Origin: an uncultured Actinomycetota bacterium
GTDB taxonomy: Bacteria > Actinomycetota > Actinomycetes > S36-B12 > UBA10799
Length of the DNA stretch: 64,000 nt
NCBI GenBank assembly: GCA_963733395.1
Contig: CAVTCZ010000009.1
Span: 166,245 to 230,244, forward strand
Direction: 5' to 3'
In this document: positions 54,293 through 61,810 of the stretch, one piece after another
Layout of the letters: each line of letters begins with the position of its first letter
How positions within the stretch are numbered: the first letter of the stretch is position 1
The notes under the pieces: generated by a model
What the model saw: the letters and a program-made list of their open reading frames with translations, nothing else
Databases searched by the model: none
Told to the model about the DNA's origin: nothing
Made by a program: the position numbers and the translations under genes

Positions 54293-55471
54293 ATGCGCGT
54301 GGGCACACTGATCGTCGTCGCGCTCGTAGTGGTCGCGCTGCTGGCGATCGCCGGGATCACCTTGTGGACCGTGCAACAGCGCCGGCGCAGCGGCGAGGAG
54401 TACCGTTCCGCCCACCGCCTGCTCAGCCGACTGCAGTTGGTCTCACGCCAGCTGCCGGCTGGTCTCGATGAAGTGGCCCTCGCCCAGCAGACGCTCGAGC
54501 AACTCAACAAGGAAGTCCCGTCGCAACGCTCGGTCCTCTACGTGTACCAGGGCGAACAACTCGTGCCATACGCCGTCAAAGGCGCCGAACGCAGCCCGTT
54601 CCCCGCACTCGAGATGTCCTCGTTGTCCGCGCTGCGAGGCGGTAAGGCCGTCGCCGGGAAGGGAGTGGTCTCGGGCGGCCCACAGCAGGAGGCGTTGATC
54701 CCGTTGACTCTCGGCTCCCGATTGGTCGGCCTCGCCGCCTTGCAGAACGACACCCAGCCCTTCGACTCGGCAACCCTGCGGCAGGCCATGGCCGGGGCGC
54801 AAGAAGCGGCGCTGCGTATCGACAGCGGGCGCCTGTTCGCCGACGTCCGGACCGCTGCCACCACCGAGGAGCGCCGACGCCTGGCCCGGGAGATCCACGA
54901 CGGGATCGCCCAGGAACTGGCAAGCGTCGGCTACGCCCTCGATGTCCTCGTGGCGGACCTGCAGGGAACCGAAGGTCAGGCCCTCGCCGACGACATCCGC
55001 ACCGAGGTCCGGCGGATCATCTCCGAACTGCGGCTGAGCATCTTCGATCTGCGGGCGGACGTGCAGCCTGGCGCAGGTCTGGGCTCCGCGCTCACCAGTT
55101 ACGTGCAGCAAGCCGGCACGGCGGCGGGGCTCACGGTGCACCTGGTCATGGACGAAGCACACGACCGGCTGGCGCTGGTCCAGGAGACCGAACTCCTGCG
55201 GATCGCCCAGGAGGCCGTGACGAACGTGCGACGGCACGCCAACGCGGAGAACGTTTGGGTGACATGTCGGGTGGACCCGCCGCACGCGTTCCTGCGGGTC
55301 GCCGATGATGGCTGCGGCATGGACTCGCCGCGCAACGACAGCTTCGGGTTGGACATTATGCAGGAACGAGCCAACAGAATTGGCGCAGAATTGGCGTGGC
55401 ACCCGCGCGACGGTGGAGGCACCGTCCTGGAGTTGGTCCTGCAACCGGCCGCTGGCGACAGGGAGGAGTAG
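54293..55471 (+). CDS. Sensor histidine kinase, HisKA_3 (NarL-partner) type
   Basis: ATG 54293, N-terminal TM helix, H-box LAREIHDGIAQEL, N-box EAVTNVRRHA and DDGCGM. Confidence 0.85.
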   Translation: MRVGTLIVVALVVVALLAIAGITLWTVQQRRRSGEEYRSAHRLLSRLQLVSRQLPAGLDEVALAQQTLEQLNKEVPSQRSVLYVYQGEQLVPYAVKGAERSPFPALEMSSLSALRGGKAVAGKGVVSGGPQQEALIPLTLGSRLVGLAALQNDTQPFDSATLRQAMAGAQEAALRIDSGRLFADVRTAATTEERRRLAREIHDGIAQELASVGYALDVLVADLQGTEGQALADDIRTEVRRIISELRLSIFDLRADVQPGAGLGSALTSYVQQAGTAAGLTVHLVMDEAHDRLALVQETELLRIAQEAVTNVRRHANAENVWVTCRVDPPHAFLRVADDGCGMDSPRNDSFGLDIMQERANRIGAELAWHPRDGGGTVLELVLQPAAGDREE

Positions 55472-55475
55472 TCCG

Positions 55476-56117
55476 ATGACGATCTCGGTGCTCCTCGTGG
55501 ACGACCACGAACTGATTCGGCAAGGTCTGCGCCGGTCCTTCGAGCGGGATGGCGACTTCGAGGTCGTCGGTGAAGCCGGATCGGTGGCCGATGCCGAGCG
55601 GCTGCTGCGGATAACCCGGCCGGACGTCGTGGTGCTCGATGTGCGACTCCCGGACGGCTCCGGCCTGAAACTCGCAGCAGGTTCGCGCGATCGGTATCCG
55701 CAGCTCGGGATCGTCATTCTCACGATGTACGCCGGCGACGAGCAACTGTTCGCCGCTCTGGAAGCCGGCGCCTCGGCATTCGTGCCGAAGAACGCCCCGT
55801 CCGACGACGTGGTTGCCGCCGCCCGGCACGCGGCAACCAATCCGCAGTCGTTCACCGCCAAGGACCTCGCCGATGCCATGAAGCGCAAGTTGAGCCCCAG
55901 CGGCCCACAACTGAGCCCGCGCGAGCGTGAGGTCCTGCAACTGTTGGCGGACGGCCTCGGCGTGGCGCAGATCTCGCGCCGGTTGTTCATCAGCGAGTCC
56001 ACGACCAAGACCCACATCTCCAAGCTCTACGAGAAACTCGGTGCCGGCAACCGCGCGCAGGCGCTGATGACCGCGCTGAAACTCGGCCTGCTGCGGCAGT
56101 CGGACCCGACCGTCTGA
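55476..56117 (+). CDS. Response regulator, NarL/LuxR family
   Basis: ATG 55476. ISVLLVDDHELIR...VVVLDVRLPDGSG receiver domain followed by LSPREREVLQLLADGLGVAQISRRLFISESTTKTHI HTH. Confidence 0.9.
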   Translation: MTISVLLVDDHELIRQGLRRSFERDGDFEVVGEAGSVADAERLLRITRPDVVVLDVRLPDGSGLKLAAGSRDRYPQLGIVILTMYAGDEQLFAALEAGASAFVPKNAPSDDVVAAARHAATNPQSFTAKDLADAMKRKLSPSGPQLSPREREVLQLLADGLGVAQISRRLFISESTTKTHISKLYEKLGAGNRAQALMTALKLGLLRQSDPTV

Positions 56118-56132
56118 CCTGAGATACTCGAG

Positions 56133-57396
56133 ATGCCCGGCGCCCACCGCCGGACCGATCGATCGGAGTCCCCCACGTGCAGTTCCACGCCACCGGCGCG
56201 CCGATGGTGGGTGCTGCCGACCGTAGTCTTCGGGCTCACCCGGTTGTGGCTGCTGCTGATCCCGTTCGGGGTCATCCCCTACCTCGGCGGCGCCCTGGTC
56301 ATCAACGATGTGACGCTGTACGAGCAGTGGGCGCAGATCCTGCAGGGCGGCCAGTTCCCGATCGGCGACGAGATGTGGCAGTACCCCCCGCTGGTGGGAC
56401 CACTCTTCGCGCTCGGGGCCCTGTTCCCGCCGGACCCCACGCTCGGCCTCGTGCTGCTGATGCTGGCGTTCGACACCGCCACCTTCGTGGTCCTGATGCG
56501 GGCGACCGGTCGGGGAGGGTCCATCGAGGGACCCTGGGCCTGGGTCGCGGCGGGCATGCTCATCGGTCCGGTCTGGCTGACCCGCTTCGACGTCATCCCG
56601 TCGCTGTTCGCGGTCCTGGGTCTGCTGGCAGTGTCCCGGCCCATGCGCTCCGGCGCGATGCTCGCCGTCGGCGCCCTGCTGAAGGTCTGGCCGGCGCTGC
56701 TGCTGCTGGCCGTCCCACGGCGTGGATTCGGCAAGGCCCTGCTCGGATTCGCCCTCACCGGTCGTGGCGATCCTCGGCACCCTGCTGGTCACCATGGACG
56801 GCGCGGGCGCCTTCGCCTCGGAGCAGCGCGCTCGCGGCCTGCAGGTGGAGTCCGTCCCCGCCTGGCTGTTCCTGGTCGGGCATCACCTCGGCTGGCATCG
56901 CACCTTCATCTATCGCTACGGGGCCATGGAGGTGGAAGCCGCAGGCACGCAGACGGTCGCACTGGCCGTGACCGTGCTGGCCGTGGCCGGTCTGCTCGCT
57001 CTGGCGGCACTGCGCTTCACCGGGCGCCTCGATCACGCCGCACCCGCCGACATCGGCCTGGTCGTCGTGCTGTTCTCGATGGTCACCTCCCGGGTCCTGT
57101 CACCGCAGTACCTGGTGTGGGTGGCCGCCATCGGGGCCGTCTGCTTGCTCGACCCGGGAACCCGGATGCGGCCCATCATCGTGCTGCTGATGCCGGTGGC
57201 CGCGCTCGGCCAGATCCTTTACCCCATGCACTACGACTGGCTGCTCTCCGACCAGTTGAACGGTCTGGCGATCCAGTCCGTACGGCTCCTGCTACTGCTG
57301 ATCGCCACCGGGTGGGGCGGTTGGCGGTTACTGCGCCGCACCGCCAGCGACCCCGTCGGGGTCGATGCCGTCCAACAGGTCCGTCAGACGGCCTGA
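56133..57396 (+). pseudogene. GT87/DUF2029-type polyprenol-phosphate mannosyltransferase (Rv2181-like) with a net +1 nt frameshift near 56758-56762
   Basis: The N-terminal half (to ...GKALLGFALT) is in ORF 56133..57734. The C-terminal half (VVAILGTLLVTMDG...LSPQYLVWVAAIG...) is in ORF 56722..57396. The span is 1264 nt, which is 3n+1. Confidence 0.75.
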
Positions 57397-58497
57397 CACG
57401 ATCGGCCAGGTCCACTGCTGCTCGACCCAACTGCGCCCCCGCTGCCCCATCGCCGTGGCCAGTGCCGGATCCGCCAACAGATCGGCGACCCGCCGCGCCA
57501 CCTGGCCCAGATTGCGGCCGTCCACCACGAAACCCGTCTCACCGTCCAGCACGGCGTCGGGTGCGCCGCCGGAGTTCCCGGCGATCACGGGCAGCCCGAC
57601 CGCCCCCGCCTCGAGGTACACGATGCCCAGGCCCTCGACATCCCAGCCCCGGTTGCGGGTCCGGCAGGGCATGGCGAACACGTCACCCGCCGCGTAGTGC
57701 AACGGGAGGGCCTCCCACGGCACAGTGCCGGTGAGGACCACGCTGTCGGCAACTCCGGTTTCGGCCACCAGTTGATCGAGTTTCGAGCGGTACGGCCCAC
57801 CGCCGACGATCAGCAGCGCGGCATCCGGGACCGTGCGCTGGATCAGCGGCAGTGCCCGGATGAGCGTGTCCTGACCCTTGCGCGGCATCAACCGGGACAC
57901 ACACACGACCACCGGCCGGTCGGCCAGGCCCAGCTCGGCGCGCAGCGCCCGGCCATCGGGCCGAACCCGCGGGTGGAACGTCTCCGCGTCGACCCCGGGC
58001 ACCAACCTGCGCATCCGGGCGGCTGCCGCGGGGCGCAGTGCGGATGCGATCCGGTGCCGGGTGTACTCCCCCAAGTAGGTGACTGTGTCGACCGAATCGC
58101 CGATGGAGCGCAACACCGACTTCGCCCCGACGGTAGTGGCCCAGGCCGCCTCGTGACCGTGGGTCATGGCGACGATCGGACCCATCCCCTGGGATCGCAG
58201 CCGCGGCGCCATCAGGCCCAGGGGCGCGGCCGCTCCGAACAGCACCCGGGTGCACGAGTAGTCCGCCGCAATCTGGCGCGCGCGGTTCAGCACCATCGGC
58301 TCGGGCAACATCAGAGATGTGCGGTGCCGGATCACCGGGAACGGCTGCTCGGCATCGAACTGCTCTGCCCGCTTCCAGGCCGGCGCGTACACCACGACCG
58401 TTTCGGGATCCTGGTGCAGCAGGACGCCATGCACGAAAGCCTGGATGCCACCGGCGCGCGGTGGGAAGTCGTTCGTGACGACGAGGGTTCTTTCCAC
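57328..58497 (-). CDS. pimB: GT4 glycosyltransferase (phosphatidylinositol mannoside mannosyltransferase PimB-like)
   Basis: 389-aa ORF with VVTNDFPPRAGGIQ and EGLGIVYLEAGAVGLPVIAG. Sits in the syntenic position of Rv2188c. Confidence 0.75.
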   Translation of the reverse strand: MERTLVVTNDFPPRAGGIQAFVHGVLLHQDPETVVVYAPAWKRAEQFDAEQPFPVIRHRTSLMLPEPMVLNRARQIAADYSCTRVLFGAAAPLGLMAPRLRSQGMGPIVAMTHGHEAAWATTVGAKSVLRSIGDSVDTVTYLGEYTRHRIASALRPAAAARMRRLVPGVDAETFHPRVRPDGRALRAELGLADRPVVVCVSRLMPRKGQDTLIRALPLIQRTVPDAALLIVGGGPYRSKLDQLVAETGVADSVVLTGTVPWEALPLHYAAGDVFAMPCRTRNRGWDVEGLGIVYLEAGAVGLPVIAGNSGGAPDAVLDGETGFVVDGRNLGQVARRVADLLADPALATAMGQRGRSWVEQQWTWPIVSGRLTDLLDGIDPDGVAGGAAQ

Positions 58498-58500
58498 CGG

Positions 58501-59541
58501 CTAGGGCTTCGGCCGACCTGCGCCGGCGAACTCCGACATGAACTCGTTGGTGAACAACTTCTCGTAGACGACGCCGTCCCGGGGGCTCTTCGCGTGGACG
58601 AAGTACCCGTCGCCGGTGTACACACCCGCATGCTTGCCGGTGCCGTAGAGGAAGACGATGTCACCAGGGGCCAACTGCGTGATGTCCACCCGCTCGGTCT
58701 TGTCGTACTGGCCCTGGACCGAGTGCGGCAGTTTCACCCCGGCCTGCTCCCACGCCGCCAGCACCAGACCGGAGGCGTCGAAAGCGTCCGGACCGGTGGC
58801 ACCCGCTTCGAACGCTTTGCCCGCCTGCTTGACGGCGAATTTCACAACCGGCTTGGTGGTGGACTCAGGCAACTCCGAGATCGCGTCGACCGCATCATCG
58901 GCTTGATTCTGCTGCTGCTGCTGTTGCTTGGCCAGTTCGTCTGCGAGTTGTTGCTGCTGCTCGACCTGCAACTGGGAAAGCAGGGATGTCGATTCCGCGA
59001 CCTTCGCGTCGATCGCCGCCTTGGCGTCGAGGATGTCGTTACGCGCTCTGTCGGCCTTCTTCTCAGCCTTCTCCAGGGCGGCTTCATCCCGCACCAGTTG
59101 TTGCTCGGCCACTTCCGTGCGCACGAGGGCCGAGTTCTGCTGACTGGCGATGATCCGGGCGGTGTCCAGCGTGACCAACCAGTCCGACGGCGCCTCGGTC
59201 GCCAACATCAACAGACTCGGATCCACGCCGCCGTTGCGGTAGATCTGACTGACGACCTGGTTCAGGGTGTTCTGGCTGGCGGCGAGGCTCTGCTGGGTGG
59301 CGGCGAGTTCGGCCTGCTTGTCCGTGACCGCCTGCTGGGCCTCCTGCCACTCGATGGTGGCGTCGTTGGCCTCCTCGGCGGCAGCGGCGGCCTGTTGCTG
59401 CAGGTCGGCCAACTGCGTCTGCACCTGGGCGATCTGCTGGTCGATGTCAGCGTGGGCGACCGAGACCGGAAACAGCAGCAGGGCGCACGAGAATCCCAGC
59501 AACCAGCGCCGGGTTGACCCGATACGTCCCCATGACACCAT
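58501..59541 (-). CDS. RipC-like coiled-coil + NlpC/P60 protein with the catalytic Cys replaced by Ala
   Basis: ATG 59539-59541, signal peptide ...FPVSVAHA, long Gln/Ala coiled coil, then an NlpC/P60 domain reading GPDAFDASGLVLAAW...GKHAGVYTG...FVHA. Codon 58774-58776 is GCC (Ala) where the DCSG Cys is expected. Confidence 0.8.
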   Translation of the reverse strand: MVSWGRIGSTRRWLLGFSCALLLFPVSVAHADIDQQIAQVQTQLADLQQQAAAAAEEANDATIEWQEAQQAVTDKQAELAATQQSLAASQNTLNQVVSQIYRNGGVDPSLLMLATEAPSDWLVTLDTARIIASQQNSALVRTEVAEQQLVRDEAALEKAEKKADRARNDILDAKAAIDAKVAESTSLLSQLQVEQQQQLADELAKQQQQQQNQADDAVDAISELPESTTKPVVKFAVKQAGKAFEAGATGPDAFDASGLVLAAWEQAGVKLPHSVQGQYDKTERVDITQLAPGDIVFLYGTGKHAGVYTGDGYFVHAKSPRDGVVYEKLFTNEFMSEFAGAGRPKP

Positions 59542-59572
59542 TGTGCACCCGATCCGCGGAGCATGGCCCACC

Positions 59573-59749
59573 TCACACGGCGCGCACGAAGCGTAACGGG
59601 GCAACGAGCCCGGAGGCGGCCAGCGCATCCATGGCTGCGACCTCGTCGACAGTCAACTGACCATCGGCTGGGGAATCGAGTAGAGCTGTCACCACACAGT
59701 CCGCGCATGCGGCTGGTCGGGCTGTGCAACGAGCACAATCAATGAGCAT
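59573..59749 (-). CDS. Small Cys-rich protein (CxxC-x6-CxxC)
   Basis: MLIDCARCTARPAACADCVVTALLD..., 58 aa, directly upstream of the ripC-like gene. Confidence 0.45.
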   Translation of the reverse strand: MLIDCARCTARPAACADCVVTALLDSPADGQLTVDEVAAMDALAASGLVAPLRFVRAV

Positions 59750-59794
59750 CTGAGGTCTCCTCACGTCGTGTGCCGACCGTAGAGAGACCCTCTG

Positions 59795-59828
59795 ACAAAA
59801 CCGTCGCTCCGGATTCGAACGGGGAGTC
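59795..59828 (+). repeat. Family-C 34-bp direct repeat, copy 1
   Basis: ACAAAACCGTCGCTCCGGATTCGAACGGGGAGTC differs from copy 2 (60304..60337) at 4 of 34 positions. Confidence 0.85.
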
Positions 59829-59864
59829 AGGTGGCGCAGGGCGAGCTCGGCGGCCGATCACCGC

Positions 59865-59986
59865 GAGTGTTGCGCGGTTGCGGTCCGCGGACCACGACTG
59901 TTGCACGGTTGTCGGTTCTGCACCCCCAAAACCAGCAACCGCGCAACAGTCGTGGGACGACACCAGCAACCGCGCAACAGTCGTTG
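59865..59986. repeat. Dyad-symmetric array of four copies of a ~20-bp motif (CAACCGCGCAACAGTCGT) with 31-bp phasing
   Basis: Inverted copies are at 59867-59883 and 59894-59915. Direct copies are at 59933-59953 and 59964-59984. The inner pair can form a ~20-bp stem. Confidence 0.85.
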
Positions 59987-60062
59987 CGGGCGGCGGGACC
60001 GCGCCAGGATGGCGACCGTCGGCGACCCGCGGGGCGTGGGCTGCCGGTGTTGGTGAGTGTTC

Positions 60063-60111
60063 GTGCAGAACGTTGACGTTCGGCGAACCGCTGAACGTCA
60101 ACGAACTGCAC
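60063..60111. repeat. 19-bp-stem imperfect hairpin with reshuffled arm fragments downstream
   Basis: GTGCAGAACGTTGACGTTC, loop ggcgaaccgct, then GAACGTCAACGAACTGCAC. CGAACTGCAC and CGTCAACGAAC recur at 60120-60144. Confidence 0.8.
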
Positions 60112-60303
60112 CAACGCCATCGAACTGCACGAGCGTCAACGAACCCGTCCGGTCCGACCCCCGGGCACCCACCGAGGAGTGGTCACCCGAGCCGGCCGGG
60201 GCCGCAGCAGCCTGGACCGGCCACCGGCACTGGCAGGACCCCTGTACCACACCCCGCACCGCACACCGCCAAGATCAGACTCCCCGCTCACATCCGAAGC
60301 GCC

Positions 60304-60337
60304 ACAAAACCGTCGGTTCGGACTCAAACGGGGAGTC
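60304..60337 (+). repeat. Family-C 34-bp direct repeat, copy 2
   Basis: ACAAAACCGTCGGTTCGGACTCAAACGGGGAGTC. It is flanked upstream by the inverted GACTCCCCG at 60278-60286. Confidence 0.85.
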
Positions 60338-60432
60338 GCCGGTCCTGGCCGGTTCGGGGGCGTCGATGCCAACCACCAGCACCCCTGACCCCCCGCCGCA
60401 GTTCAACGGTCCACAGCAACGGCGCCGACGGG

Positions 60433-61515
60433 TCAGCCGTCACCCAGGCCAGGCGCCCGCAACGGCCGTTCCTCCCCCGGATCCAGCCAGGGCAGCGCGG
60501 CGAAGACCTCGTGGCGGCTGCCGTCCGCGGCCTCGACCGGTCGCAGCACCGGACGGGCCCGCAGGTTGGGGTGCTGCATGGCCTGCGCGAGAGTCAATGC
60601 CGGACCCACGCAGGTGTCCGCGAACGCCAGTTCGGCCAGCCAATCGGCCCGTGGCCGGCCGGCGAAGGTCCGTTGCAGGATCGCCCTGAGATCCCCTTGC
60701 TGCGCAGGGTCGTACTGGGCGGCCTTCCACTCGGGCAGGCCGATGCGGTCCAGGATCTCCGCGAAGAACTTCGGCTCCAGCGCACCGACTGTCAGCCACA
60801 GTCCGTCAGCACACTCGTACACCTCGTAGCAGGCCCACTTGCCGGTCAGATCCCACGGCGTGTCGGGAGACTGCCCGGACGCCAGCCAGCCGCCGAGCGG
60901 CAGTTGCGCCAAGGACATGGCCGCGTCGACCATGGCCACCTCTGAGCGCACGAAGCGGCCGCTGCTGCTGACCCGCAGCCCCGCCACCACCGCCAGAGCG
61001 GCGTGCAGGCCCGCCGCGACGTCGGCCATCTGCACACCCGGAGTGCGCGGGTCACCACCCAGAGTGAGCACCCCGCCGTAGCCGAGGGCGTTGATGTCGT
61101 GCCCCGGCACCTGCTCGAGCTCACCACCGGAACCGTAGGCGTCGATGGTCACGTGGACCAGGTCGGGCCGCAGCTCCTCGAGCCGGGCAGGCCCGAAGCC
61201 GAGGCGATCCAGCACGCCGGGCCGGAACGAATCGACCAGGACGTGGCACTGCGAGACGAGTTCGGCGAATCCCTGGGAGCCCGCCTCGGTCTTGAGGTCC
61301 AGGACCCGGCTGGACTTGCCCCGGTTCAACTGCACGAACGCCCCGGACTCCCCGGACGCCAGATACGGGCCCACCCACCGGGTGCCGTCCCCTTCCGGCG
61401 CCTCCACCTTGATGACCTCGGCGCCGAGTTCGACCAGGATGACGGTGGCGAAGTTCCCGGGCAGCAGCCGGGTCATGTCGATGACCTTCACGCCGGTCAG
61501 GGGCAGCTCAGGCAT
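60433..61515 (-). CDS. CaiB/BaiF family (class III) CoA-transferase
   Basis: ATG 61513-61515. MPELPLTGVKVIDMTRLLPGNFATVILVELGAEVIKVEAPEGD is a family III CoA-transferase N-terminus. Confidence 0.85.
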   Translation of the reverse strand: MPELPLTGVKVIDMTRLLPGNFATVILVELGAEVIKVEAPEGDGTRWVGPYLASGESGAFVQLNRGKSSRVLDLKTEAGSQGFAELVSQCHVLVDSFRPGVLDRLGFGPARLEELRPDLVHVTIDAYGSGGELEQVPGHDINALGYGGVLTLGGDPRTPGVQMADVAAGLHAALAVVAGLRVSSSGRFVRSEVAMVDAAMSLAQLPLGGWLASGQSPDTPWDLTGKWACYEVYECADGLWLTVGALEPKFFAEILDRIGLPEWKAAQYDPAQQGDLRAILQRTFAGRPRADWLAELAFADTCVGPALTLAQAMQHPNLRARPVLRPVEAADGSRHEVFAALPWLDPGEERPLRAPGLGDG

Positions 61516-61744
61516 CGGCTGCCCTCGCAACGACCTCGACGGCGTCCGTGGCCCCGCACCAGCGGCAGGTGACCGTCTCGATCTCGTCGAACAAGGCGTC
61601 CTCCTCCTCGACGATCACCTCCCCGGCGAGATCGAAGTGCCAGAACTGCTTGGCGCGCGTGCTGCGAACGACGTCGAACCGGGTCAGGTTCCCACACCGC
61701 GAACAGCGCCAACGGGTCGTGTCGTCGGGTACTGAGATGGCCAC
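61508..61744 (-). CDS. Small zinc-ribbon protein (CxxC ... CxxC)
   Basis: 78-aa ORF with WRCSRCGNLTRF ... VTCRWCGATD. Its stop lies 4 nt inside the CoA-transferase start region. Confidence 0.55.
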   Translation of the reverse strand: MAISVPDDTTRWRCSRCGNLTRFDVVRSTRAKQFWHFDLAGEVIVEEEDALFDEIETVTCRWCGATDAVEVVARAADA

Positions 61745-61810
61745 TGGACCACCCTACGGGGCCGGGCATGATCACCGGAACGCCTCCCGACGGTGCGGCG
61801 TTGCCCAGAA

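Noticed and set aside
58900-58935. CTG/CAG trinucleotide run (ctgctgctgctgctgttgc) in the ripC-like gene as a contingency locus.
   Set aside because: It is short, in frame, and simply encodes the poly-Gln stretch of the coiled coil. There is no evidence of phase variation.
59795-59828. tRNA 3'-end remnant or att site, suggested by GTTCGAATCC on the minus strand within a 34-bp direct repeat.
   Set aside because: No 5-bp T-stem flanks the loop, no acceptor stem or cloverleaf can be drawn, and there is no integrase nearby. Copy 2 does not keep the T-loop sequence.
59865-59986. CRISPR-like array, suggested by regularly phased 31-32 bp repeats here and inside family A.
   Set aside because: There are only 2+2 copies in a dyad rather than direct orientation. 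The intervening sequence is too short (about 10 bp) to be spacers, and there are no cas genes in the window.
59750-60432. c-di-AMP (ydaO-type) riboswitch upstream of the NlpC/P60 operon, a common actinobacterial context.
   Set aside because: I could not find the conserved ydaO elements as I remember them (GGGGA..CCCA, ACGGGG, CCGA..CAGCUAACC..GUAAGC) on the minus strand. An Infernal scan would be needed to exclude it formally.
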